DNA of 31,470 nt from Octopus sinensis (GCF_006345805.1 NW_021832298.1:1-31470); one strand, 5' to 3'; positions 1-11,904 are shown, counted from the first letter of the stretch. Program-made: numbers and translations. The notes: generated by a model from the letters alone, not told the origin.

Positions 1-1076
1 ACGAGTTACACATGGTGAAAGCGGAAGTTTACGATAACAAGAGCAAAGTAGGTTTTTAAAGCAAAAGAGTGGAGACAAGGTTGGTAACGCAACAATGTGT
101 GTGTATGTGCGAGGTGTGCGTGTGCGTGTGTGTATGTGTGTGTGTGAGGCGAGATAAAAAACAAAAAATATATGTATGTGTTAGTGTGTGCGTCTGTGTG
201 TAGGCGTGTGAGGTAGGGCGAGACAGTGGTCGGCATAGCAGACAATGGTCAGTAGTAAGAAAAAGAAGGAAGGAGGAAGGGAGGGAGGGGAAGGGGTGGG
301 GGCGTATGTAGCGTGCCAGCGTGTGTTGAGTAGTAGTGTGTGTGTGTGTCCCCAGTGTCGTGGTAGTATTAATGGCGAGTAGATTGAATGTGTGTAAGAG
401 TAATGTATATATTTAAGCAATGTGTGTATATGTGTGCGCGTGTGTGTAACAAAAAGGGGGGGGTTAAGGAAAAAGGACTCCAGCTGAGGGGAAGATGGAA
501 GAGTGGTCCCGCGGAGACGAGCGTGGGAAAACCCAACGACAAGCGACGGTCCCAGGAACGAGCGGGAGGTCTCGTCGGGTCCAAGAGCGAGGTGCATGCA
601 GCGCGTATGCGTGCGCGAACCGGCGCAAGCGCGTGTGTGCGCGCGCCTGCGAGTATGCGCGTAAGTATGTGTGGTGTGGATGTGTGAGTGTGTGTGTGAT
701 GTGTGAGTGTGTCTGTGTGTAATGTCGGGGTGGCAGTGTGTCCGATGAATGTATGTGAGTATGTGTGTATATATGTGTGTGCATAGATGTATGTCCGTGT
801 GTGTGTGTGTGTGTATGTGTATGAGTGTGTATGTATGTACGTGTGGGTGTGGGGAAGTGTGTGTATGTGCATGTGTGTGCGCGTACATACAGGTGTGTGA
901 GTGAGTGTGTGTGTGTGTATGTATGTGTGAGTGTGTATGTATGGTGGTGTAGGATGCATGTATGTGTAGGGTGTATGTATGCGTGTGTGTATGTATGTAT
1001 GTGTACGTGCGTGTGTGTGTGTGGTATGCGTGTAGTTGCGCGTGTGCATGCTGCATGCATATCATACTATACATAC

Positions 1077-1203
<127 letters not shown>

Positions 1204-1223
1204 GTACAAATATATGTAATTAT

Positions 1224-1460
1224 TCAGAACGTAAGACAGATGAAATACCGCTAAGAATTTCACCCGACGTGCTAACGATTCTGCCAGCTCGCCGCTTTAA
1301 TAATAATAATCCTTTTTACTAAAGGCACAAGGTCTGAAATTTTGGGAGAGGGAACTATCGATTGCATAGACCCCAATGTTTCACTGGTACTTATTTGATC
1401 GACTCCTAAATGGATGAAAGGCAAAGTTGACCTTAGCAGAATTTGAAGAAGGCGGAGTAG
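1224..1460 (-). mobile_element. Two head-to-tail SINE-A pieces joined by (AAT)n
   Basis: Head fragment 1224-1297 (...CTGCCAGCTCGCCGC), then AATAATAATAATCCTTT..., the tail of the next copy. Confidence 0.8.
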
Positions 1461-2286
1461 AATACGACAGAATTTTCGTTATAACATAAACACCGGATCC
1501 AACGTTTTACAACAACATTTTAAGAGAAAAATGAAAAGCTTAACATGAAAATGATAAATTCTCTGAGCCTCTCCTCTTGATCTGATAAAACTCTGTCTCG
1601 ATTATCAACATACATCACAACGTGCAAAGTGTGCGACTTCCACTTAATGGCGTTAAGATCCCGACGTTGATTTACTGTTGTAGCTTTTTCTATTATAACA
1701 TAAAATGCTTTTGGAAAAAAACAAAACCAAAAAAAGAATAGCATGGACGTCATGCGATCATAAACTTAAGATCATGTTTGATTGTGGTAGAATCGATATT
1801 ACAGAAATTAAATTTTGTGATCGGCTTTCGTTTGATGAAATGATAATTTTTCTTTTGTTCTGCACACATTCCGATTAAAGTAAGATTAACTAAGCCTTGC
1901 TAATTGTGTATAAGACCTTGCAGTTTTAAAATGCATTCTAAATAGCAGATGTGATAACTACGTTTTCAATAATTTATATATATATATATGCGCGTGTGCG
2001 TATGTGTGTGTGTGTGTGTGTGTGTGTCTGTGTATGCTTGTATCTATGTATGTATATATGGATGGGTAGATAGATAGATACCCTTTTACTTTTTTACTTG
2101 TTTCATTCATTTGACTGTGGCCATGCTGGAGCACTGTCTTTAGTTGAGCAAAACGACCCCAGGACTTATTCTTTGTAAGCCTAGTACTTTTGCCGAACCG
2201 CTTAGTTACGGGGATGTAAACACACAAGCATCGGTTGTCAAGCGATGTTGAGGTGACAAATATAGTCACGCAAACACACACACTAC

Positions 2287-2293
<7 letters not shown>

Positions 2294-2357
<64 letters not shown>

Positions 2358-2368
2358 TGTGTGTGTGG
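2294..2368. repeat. (TG)n microsatellite; also (CATA)n ~5915-6000, (GATA)n ~24653-24860, (CT)n ~26169-26217, (GGAT)n ~30610-30680
   Basis: Direct reading. Confidence 0.95.
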
Positions 2369-2478
2369 CAAATTTATCCTTATTTGGTGGTTTTGAGTTT
2401 TCTACTGTTCTTTCTAGCACAAGGCTTTCCTATTTGGAAGCCTCTTATTGTATTTCTATATATATTTACATAAATATA

Positions 2479-2515
<37 letters not shown>

Positions 2516-3006
2516 CCATTAAACGTCTTGGCGATGCTATTAGATTTACAAATATACGCGTGCGCTCGCACACGACAAATATTCAGCCATACATGCAATA
2601 TGGCTAATTGCATGTATGGATAGTTCCACGCCATAGCCCTCCCAAAATCGAACGCCTCCTACATTAACCTCTTTGACGACAAATTTTAGAGCAGAAACAA
2701 CAGCTACCAGTGAGTTAAATAATTAAAAAGTTGTTGTTTTTTTTAATGCCGGTCGATAATTACCACCACCACCACCACCACCATTACAACCACAAATACA
2801 AGTGCTCACACATACATGCGCACACAAACACATGCACAAATACGCAACACACACACACACGCAAACGAGCATACATATACACACACATACAACACACACA
2901 CACAATGATACATACACATCCACGCACAACACGCATATATACATACGCTCGCAAACACACACGCACACACACACACACATACACAGAAGCAACACACGCA
3001 TATATA

Positions 3007-3650
3007 CAAGGTGCGGCGAATAAACTGTCGTATAAATTACTCAAAAATGAAAATAACAATGACATCTCATTTTTAACAGATATAGTTACCAAAATTAGAT
3101 TATAGTATCTTGAAATACTAGAAACTAAATTTATTCAATAATATCGCCATTAGCTTCAGCCACTGCCTCTAGACGTCTTCGGAATCTCCTGCAACTCTTC
3201 TGGACGGTCTCCTTGTTTAAGTTGGTGAATGCTGCCATAATCCTTGCCTTCAGTTCATCTTTGGTGTTACAGCGAGTTTTGTTGGTTTCTTGCTCAACTG
3301 CGTCCCCCACATAATAATCAAGGGGGTTGCAGTGTGAGAGATTGGGTGGCCAGATGTTAGGAGAGACGTGATTTCAGAAATTGTCTGACAGTCATGGCTG
3401 GGTTCTCCTGCTTGTGTGACATGGTGCAGAGTCCTGTTGCCAGACATAGGATCTTCCAGCAGCCACCCTCTTCGCCCAGGACAGAACTACCTCCTTCAGG
3501 GACTTGATACAGACTTCTGTGTTGCGTCTGAGGCTGTGTAGGAAGATGAATGGAGGCATAACGTCGCCATCACTAGTGATCACTCCAAACACCAGGATAT
3601 TGACTGGATGTTTGATTTTTATTACTCTTGGTACATGTATTGGGGACATG
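3007..3650 (-). mobile_element. 5'-truncated Tc1/mariner DD37D (maT-type) transposon, transposase pseudogene
   Basis: A single minus-strand frame reads ...KHPVNILVFGVITSDGDVMPPFIF...YVWQQDSAPCHTSRRTQP*LSDNF*NHVSPNIWPPNLSHCNPLDYYVGDAVEQETNK...LEAVAEANGDIIE* (stop at 3131-3133). There are 37 residues between the 2nd and 3rd catalytic Asp and two in-frame stops. TIR-like end TA|CAAGGTGCGGCGAATAAACTGTCG at 3007. Confidence 0.88.
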
Positions 3651-3956
3651 GCAAGTCCTCAGATTGACACCCAAACACTGAATAGTTCATATTGGAGCTT
3701 CTGACGCGAATGCCAAGCAGTACAGCATGTCGTCTACAAATTTGTGGTAGAGTGAATTGTATCATGGTTCTGTTTCTCATAGGCGGTGCCCAACTGACCC
3801 TACTATACTGTGTAGTCGACAAAATTAAAAATATACAATACGCATGCGAGGAATTAAAAATAGAAAATGGTGACAATTTACCCATTGCACTATGTACATA
3901 CACTCACAAACACACATGAATACACAACACACACGAATATACATATATATATAAAT

Positions 3957-4214
3957 ACACACACACACACACGTATACAAACACGCAAACGCACTCAAGC
4001 GTTTGCCGAAGGTACCGTGACACACACACACACACACGTATACAAACACGCAAACGCACTCAAGCGTTTGCCGAAGGTACCGTGACACACACACACACAC
4101 ACGTATACAAACACGCAAACGCACTCAAGCGTTTGCCGAAGGTACCGTGACACACACACACACACACGTATACAAACACGCAAACGCACTCAAGCGTTTA
4201 CCGAAGGTACCGTG
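3957..4214. repeat. 65-bp minisatellite, 4 copies
   Basis: CGTATACAAACACGCAAACGCACTCAAGCGTTTGCCGAAGGTACCGTG plus (AC)n recurs at 3972, 4037, 4102 and 4167, with one substitution in the last copy. Confidence 0.95.
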
Positions 4215-4977
4215 CAGTGGGAATGAACCTCAAACTACATGATTGCAAATTAAGCTTGTTAACTATAGTTGTGAGAAAATCCCTTGGCCTTTACTTTTTC
4301 AAGACTCCCAGGACTCATAAGAGCCGGTCTTAACCCGCTTTCTTTAACGTATAGATGACTGGGGTTACAGCACTCCATCTCCCTGAACGGGAAGCGCCGG
4401 TCTGTCGCAAGGTTAACTTCCCAGTTAATGGTGTTTTTAAAATCCTTAATGAAAATTTCAAAGTATGTGTCTCAGTTTATTAAGATGCTGGTTCAAATAA
4501 ATATTATTAATTCAAAAAACAATTTATTATTAAATTATAGAAAGAAAATTTGATAGATCCTGAAGTTCTGTGTGGTAATAAGCTTGCTCCCCAACCACAT
4601 GGTTCCGGGTTCAGTCCTACTGCGTGGCACCTTAACGTCCCACTCACACATCTGTTACTTTTCTTCTATTTCTTTGTTTCGTTGGTGGGATAGTTATGAG
4701 TCTTTCCCTTCTTGACAATCCGACCTTTTTATGCTTTTTATGTTTTCGTTCTTCCTTTCCTTCATGTAAAAATATGTTGTTCATAAAAATCTGAGTTTTA
4801 AACAGGCGGTAAAAAGCTTATGCAGGTGGTAAGGAGCTTGCTTCCCAACCACATGGCTCGGGTTCAGTTCCACTGCATGTTTTCTACTACAGCTGCGGGC
4901 CAACCAAACCTTTGTAAGTGCGATTGGGAGATGGAAACTGCAAGAAGCCTGTCGTATATATGACACACATAAATATA

Positions 4978-5021
<44 letters not shown>

Positions 5022-5036
5022 AATATATATATATAT

Positions 5037-5486
5037 ATAGTTATCGCCATACTAATATGGCATTCTTATAAAAATAAGAAAAAAGAAAAAAGCTGTCCGC
5101 TTATTAGCTCCATGAGGCCATCGCCTTAAGTTAGCTATTTGATACACAAACTGTATCCATATAACCTTCGAACAAGGGAGGTCAGTCGCTCCACACTACT
5201 TGACCGGCAGCTACAGACGCGTTTCGGGGTATTGCCCCTTTTCAATGCAGCGTAGCCAGCCAGTAGGTGTCGCTTCCGACAATCTCTGTTCGATGGTTTT
5301 ATTTACCTAGTTTCGGTGTATCAAATAGCTAACTTAAGGCGATGGCCTCATGGAGCTAATAAGCGGACAGCTTTTTTCTTTTTTCTTATTTTTATAAGAA
5401 TGCCATATTAGTATGGCGATAACTATTATTTTCCGGGAACGCTGCCGCTGTTCTCTTTTAGAGAGACTTAGTTATTTTAATATTTC

Positions 5487-5487
<1 letters not shown>
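5037..5487 (-). mobile_element. Palindromic non-autonomous Penelope-like element remnant (pLTR with inverted duplication)
   Basis: Perfect 111-bp inverted repeat (5037-5147 / 5316-5426) encloses a 168-nt spacer with a PLE-type hammerhead. The unit sits between (TA)n tracts. PLE assignment is inferred from the ribozyme type and the inverted structure; no ORF is present. Confidence 0.6.
5206..5257 (-). ncRNA. Minimal type I hammerhead ribozyme (Penelope-like-element type), U3:A8 core variant
   Basis: Minus strand GCTGCA-TTGAAAA-GGGG caata CCCC-GAAA-CGCG-TC^TGTAGC. Stem I GCTGCA/TGTAGC (one G:U, extendable); 4-bp stem II; GAAA; palindromic minimal stem III (ACGCGT); GUC cleavage triplet with the predicted cut between 5216 and 5215. 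Confidence 0.75.
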
Positions 5488-5517
<30 letters not shown>

Positions 5518-5965
5518 ACTGAAGGATTTATGCTTTTGGGAGCCTGCAATCGCCTATATTATTGATTCTGTTATTATCATTTTTAAATTGTTACACTAGA
5601 TAATAACAGAGTCAATGATATCTTCGCAAATAATTTTTTTCGTGAATTATTTTTTCTCGTGAATTATTTACATATATACGACGGGCTTCTTTCAGTTTCC
5701 GTCCGCCAAATCCACTCACAAGGCTTTGGTCGGCCTGAGGCTATAGTAGAAAACAATTGCCCTAGGTGCCACGCAGTAGGACTGAACCCGGAACCATGTG
5801 GTTGGGATATTAGGACGTAAACAAACCAACAGCGGTTATCAAGCGGCTGGTGTAACAAACAGTCGCAAAGGCATACACACACAGAGATAGGCACGCACGC
5901 ACACACACACACACACATACATGCAAGCATACATACATACATACATACATACATACATACATACA

Positions 5966-5998
<33 letters not shown>

Positions 5999-6513
5999 GC
6001 ATACACGCACGACGGGCGTCCACAATTTCCGTCTAATAAATTCATCCGTAAGACATTGGTCGGCCAGTGGCTATAATAGAAGACACTTGACCGAGGTTCC
6101 TCGTTATGGGACTGAACCCGAAACTGCATATTTACGAATTGACTTCCTTAACCACACAGTCACGATCGCAACTAAAGCCAGCACCAAGCCACGCCGGCGC
6201 TTTAGTATATTTTATTTCGTTTTTAATTTCCTTTTTTTTTTTTTCCTTTTTAGTCTACACGCCCCTACCGTCACATGTCAATTGTAAAATCTGATGACGA
6301 AATCGATTTGTAAAAAGAAGCAAAAGAAAAACTTGGCGGCTGTTGATAAATCATTTATTAGATGAGATGGTGTCGAAAATATTTGTTTCAATTCAAGTTG
6401 GTATTGCGGCTAGAATCAGATATTTATGGGAACCATTACACACGCGTGAGTGTGTGTGTATAACATGTTGTATGTCTCTTCTTTTTCATGCATTATATAT
6501 ACATATATATCTG

Positions 6514-6553
<40 letters not shown>

Positions 6554-6635
6554 CACACACATATACACATATATTTACATGCATATATACGTATGTACAC
6601 ATGTATATAAATGCAGATATACATACATATATATA

Positions 6636-6694
<59 letters not shown>

Positions 6695-7882
6695 GTGTGC
6701 GCGTTGTGTATGTGTGCGAGGGTGGTAAAATAAATTTGATCTGTTGTTGATTGCTTTTGCCCGAAATTATTATTTTAATGAGAATTGTATGTATATAAAG
6801 CAAATACAGCAAATATAGTAAATATTTTGTGTGTATACAGCAAATACATATATATGTATATACATCTACATATGTGTGTGTGTGTGTGTATGTATATATA
6901 TATGTATATATATATGTATAATGTGTGTGTATGTATCAAGTATACCATGAACAAGTGAAAAATCAGCATATCTATCTAGCAGCATGGTGGCTTTTGCAAT
7001 AGTATTATTTCGGGTCCTTCCACTCAGATTCTTGCGAAGGGCGCACCAAGCACTTTAAAACAATAAAGGCACGCACACACACATACATACATACACACAC
7101 ACACAGGCATCCACACACGCATCCACACACACGCATCCACACATATTTAATTTATTCATACACGAACATACCATACGTCCACATTCAATTATGACTATCT
7201 TAATTGGAAATTATATAAACGTCGCCCCTTTTGGGTGTTTCGTTTATTTATTTCCTTATTTTTTTGGCACAAACTAAAGGCGATGCTCCAGTATGACCGC
7301 AGCCCCTAGCTGAATCAAATAACAGAATGTTTTGTGCTATTTACAAATTTGTAAATGTGTGTGTACGAGCACATGTATATACGAAAGCGTATGTATGTAT
7401 GTTTATGAGCTTGTGGAAAGAACATGCTTGGTGTATATATGTAGGTGTATCTATATATCTAAGTGTATGTGCATCTATGTAAGTGTTTGTGTATATGTAA
7501 GTGTACGCGTATTTGCGTATAATTGAACAAAAATATCTGATGAAAAGTTGTGTTAATGGAGGGCGAAAAATCAAGCAATGTATAACTAAAATTTACAGAA
7601 AAATCCAATGAAATTTGAATAATGTAAAATTGCAAATGATAATTTTACACAGAGAAATTGGCTATAAGATTTCATCAGAAAAGATTGTGCGAAATTGCCG
7701 GGGTAGGGATCAGTCAGGCTCTCTCGATAGCGAAAATATTCTTGGATTAAAAATTAGTTAGAATCTGAAATGTAAATTGATTCATCCTGCATTTTGGTAA
7801 AAGTATGAATTTTTAAACAGTAACCGATGACAGAGAAATATATCGTTAAAGAGGTTTCGTTTCATTCCCAAAAACAGTTATA

Positions 7883-8073
<191 letters not shown>

Positions 8074-8639
8074 GGCACCAGGCTGGTAGAATCGTTAGTT
8101 AGCACGCTAGGCGAAATGCTTAGCGGTATTTCGTCTGTCGCAACGTTGTGAGTTCAAATCCGCCGAGGTCGACTTTGCCTTTCATCCTTTCGGGGTCGAT
8201 AAATTAAGTACCAGTTACGCACTGGGGATCGATGTAATCGACTTAATACCTATGTCCTTGTTTGTCTCCTCTATGTTTAGCCCTTTGTGGGTAATAAAGA
8301 AATAGGTATTTCGTCTACCGCTACGTTCTGAGTTCAAATTCCGCCGAGGTCGACTTTGTCTTTCATCCTTTTGGTGTCGATTAAATAAGTACCAGTTACG
8401 CACTGGGGTTGATATAATCGGCTTAATCCGTTCGTCTGTCTTTGTTTGTCCTCTCTGTGTTTAGCCCCTTGTGGGTAGTAAAGAAATAGGTATTTCGTCT
8501 ATCTTTATGTTCTAAGTTTTATCATTTCGGGGTCGATGAATTAAGTACCAGTTGCGTACTCGGGTCGATGTAATCGACTTAACCCCTCCCCCAAAAATTT
8601 CAGGCCTTGTGCCTTTAGTGGAAAGGATTATTATTATTA
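8074..8639 (+). mobile_element. SINE family A (tRNA-derived), trimeric copy with (ATT)n tail
   Basis: Head GGC...GCTGGTAGAATCGTTAG; B-box-like GAGTTCAAAT; body GAGGTCGACTTTGCCTTTCATCCTTTCGGGGTCGAT repeated at a ~181-bp period; ends AAAGGATTATTATT. Confidence 0.85.
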
Positions 8640-9720
8640 GCATTTGTTATATATACCACCATCACTAGCCATCATATGAAGGGTAGACGGTAGTAGTACA
8701 CTCTATGATGTCACAACCATATCTCAAAAATTATTACAGTTTGACGATAGCTGAACAAATTGTCCTTTTAAACAAGCTAAACAAGGCAATTTACCGACTG
8801 CCCCCAACGCGAACGATATTATCAGATAAGTCATTTGCAATCGATTCTTTGGTGGAGGACACGATTGTTATATAATTATTTGTGTTATTTAATATCATAT
8901 TTATTTATTTACTTTTTACAGCCCCCTTTTTTTTTGTCCCTTTTTGTAGCCAGAATAACATCCGTTCTTGTTTTGGGTTGTTTTTATTTCTTTTGGTACT
9001 TTTTTTTTATCTAATAGATCTAATGAAGATAACGAGCAAATAACATTTAATGGCTGGCTGCTAATGGCCTGGAAAATTGGGCTTGTGTTTTGCATATTTA
9101 TTTTGGAAGCAAGCTCTGGAGTTCTGATGTTGTTGCTGTTGTTGTTATTGTTGTAACCCACCCTCCCACCCACCTCGATATCAAACGCGAAAGAGCAGAT
9201 CTTAGCTCAGTCACATTCTCCCCCGCGACTATCTCACGGACAATCTAGCGAGTTCCTTCTGTATTTTAAATATTAGGATGTGATTTGAGATAGATTTCAC
9301 TGCTATTTTTGACGGCTCATGCCACTGTGTATACATAAATATATATACACAGTCACATATACACATATATATATTTGTGTGTATGTGTATGCGTGCGTGA
9401 GTGAGTGTGTATATTCTGTTTGTCCATTTCTGTGTTTGAGCTTAAAGTTGAGTCGTTCATATCCCGCAGCTTAGTAGTTCGGAAACAGGAGAGCGATAAA
9501 AGAAGCATCAGCGATAAGTAAATACTGGTGTCGCTATGATAGACTAAATCATTAAAGATGTTGTCTACGTATGACCGCCTCCGATGATCGAATCATTGTA
9601 AAAAAATATCAGGAAAGGTGCAGAGTAATTTAGCTCACAATGCTCAGTTGTGATAAACACAACCTTATAAAGATAGTAAAACACTAATTTTTAATTTTAA
9701 AAAATGGAAGCCTCCACTGT

Positions 9721-9792
9721 TGGAGATACCGGGGATTGAACCCGGGACATTTTACTTGCGAAGCAAACGCTCTTCCACTGAGCTACATCCCC
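9721..9792 (-). tRNA. tRNA-Ala (anticodon CGC)
   Basis: Minus strand GGGGATGTAGCTCAGTGGAAGAGCGTTTGCTTCGCAAGTAAAATGTCCCGGGTTCAATCCCCGGTATCTCCA (72 nt) folds into a cloverleaf. Acceptor stem has the G3:U70 Ala identity pair; D stem GCTC/GAGC; anticodon stem TTTGC/GTAAA around TT-CGC-AA; T stem CCGGG/CCCGG around TTCAATC. A T6 Pol III terminator lies about 16 nt downstream (A6 at 9699-9704 on +). Confidence 0.92.
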
Positions 9793-10432
9793 AACCACAA
9801 TGAAGCAGTCATTCTAATTTTATTTATGATGCTGGTTTTATTTGTGTGATCGATAGCGGCAAATGAATTGACTTTGTGTTATTAAACCATATATTGCTAA
9901 ATCTTATGTTCGCTGACGATGTCGTAATAACACCGAAACATGTAAAGAGTTTTCTGCCGTCCTTGCTGAGATCATTAACAATCAAAATTTTATTGACTAT
10001 TTATACCTTTTTCTACATCAGAATTTTATTTATTTAATTCTGCATTAACGTATCAATGTTCGCTGATGATGTCATAATAATAAAGAAACACATACGGAGT
10101 TTTCACTCCTCTTTGCTGAAATCATTAACGTTAGAGACTAATGATATTTTTCTTCATCAGATCATTCTCTTTTTTTTTTCAACCCTGAATTGAACCCGTG
10201 AATTTTCGCAGCTAGGCGACCGATTTTTCTACAGGTCGTTCAACGCCTATTTTGTAATATTATTTATTTTGTTAATATCAGTTTGTCGTTGATGAGAAAT
10301 CAAGATATTTCAAGAATAAAACCCAAAAGAAATTCTCTTGTGTTCTTTGACGTCTCCTTTGTAAATGTTTCACAATTTCAGACCTTTAGGAATTCCATTT
10401 GTTTTTCTTTCTTTAATGTCTGTGAACAAACC

Positions 10433-10491
<59 letters not shown>

Positions 10492-10676
10492 TTAGTCATA
10501 TTTTTATCACGTGCTTTCACTGCACTACCATGCGCAGCTCTGTATGCCTTGGTTATGTGCTGTGGTTTTTTGTTATTTTCACTGTATTGAAAGTGCTTTA
10601 CGTAGGATGTGTGCGGTGCCTAGTGGTGTTATTTGTTGTAATTTATATATATTCGTAAGTCTTGGTGTTTTGGTTA

Positions 10677-10785
<109 letters not shown>

Positions 10786-10790
10786 ATATG

Positions 10791-10824
<34 letters not shown>

Positions 10825-10829
10825 TTATA

Positions 10830-10862
<33 letters not shown>

Positions 10863-11134
10863 GTCTGCAAGTTTTTCAATCACACCTAATACACCTATTA
10901 ATAATATAGGGTTTGTTTCTGTTTTAGACACCATATTCGGGTTATCTCTATTTTCAGATCTTTGTATTTTGACAGTTTCCCCGATTCTTTAAGAGATACA
11001 TTATCATTTGTTGGGATTGATACATCGATTAGAAGACATTTTTCGTTGATGATCTCTGACAACTATATCCGATCTATTAGCCTTGACCTCTCTATCAGTG
11101 CGTATTGGCATATTCTAGTGTGATTGCTTTATCA

Positions 11135-11461
11135 TTATTACTGTTTTCAGTCGTGTTTGTTTGGTTGTCCGTGGACAAGATATCTCAAGAACCGCGGGAT
11201 GGATTCGGATGAAACTTTCAGGGATGTTTGACCACGTGACTGGCACGAACTGATTAGATTTGGGTATCGATCCGGTACCGGACAAGGATTCTGGATTGAT
11301 TTACCTGGTTTTCTTTACATATTTTTGAGAGCGGTCGGGCTCATTTTTAGCATTCTCGTTTGTGAGAGCAGACGAATTTATTTCAGATATTCTCATTTTA
11401 AAAATCGTTGAGAGGACGTTGGTGTTGCCTTGGCAGAGGTTTGCACTCTTTGAGTGATCTT
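11135..11461 (+). mobile_element. Helentron/DINE-1-like non-autonomous element, 5' end eroded
   Basis: GTTT-type short repeat followed by ...GGACAAGATATCTCAAGAACCGC-GGATGGATT...GAAACTTTCAGG.... The 3' end has a GGCAGAGG subterminal motif, then a CACTC-ttt-GAGTG hairpin (11444-11456) and a T-rich insertion site. Confidence 0.55.
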
Positions 11462-11477
11462 ATTATTATATTATTAA

Positions 11478-11523
<46 letters not shown>

Positions 11524-11542
11524 ATTATCATCATCGTCGTCG

Positions 11543-11594
<52 letters not shown>

Positions 11595-11601
11595 TATTTG
11601 T

Positions 11602-11825
11602 GGCGGCGAGCTGGCAGAGTCGTTAGCACGTTGGACGAAATGCTAATTGGTGGTATTTCGTCTGCCGCTACGTTCTGAGTTCAAATACCGCCGAGGTTGA
11701 CTTTGCCGTTCATCCTTTTGGGGTCGATTAAATAAGTACCAGTTACACACTGGGGTCGATGTAATCGACTTAATCCCTTCCCCCAAATTTGAGGACTTGT
11801 GCTTCCAGTAGAAAGGATTATTATT
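11602..11825 (+). mobile_element. SINE family A, monomer with (ATT)n tail
   Basis: Runs from GGCGGCGAGCTGGCAGA to GTAGAAAGGATTATT; same body as the other A copies. Confidence 0.85.
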
Positions 11826-11853
11826 ATTATTATCATTATTATTATTATTATTA

Positions 11854-11888
<35 letters not shown>

Positions 11889-11904
11889 TATTATTATTAT
11901 TATT

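Noticed and set aside
279-302. G-quadruplex motif GGGAGGGAGGGGAAGGGGTGGGGG
   Set aside because: It lies in a region of doubtful sequence quality with no promoter context.
3957-4214. Regularly spaced repeats that superficially resemble a CRISPR array
   Set aside because: The spacers are identical (AC)n, the context is eukaryotic and there are no cas genes.
6291-6310. CTGATGACGAAATCGATT hammerhead-like core
   Set aside because: No room for stem II and no stem I pairing.
9064-9156. MAWKIGLVFCIFILEASSG..., resembling a signal peptide for the esterase gene, with a possible acceptor at 9017
   Set aside because: No convincing splice donor; it runs into a (GTT)n repeat and a stop. Hydrophobicity is expected from T-rich DNA.
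10365-10435. FRPLGIPF, similar to the esterase FLGIPYA motif
   Set aside because: It lacks the following A-x-PP-x-G-x-LRF and splice signals, and lies in a duplicated non-coding block.
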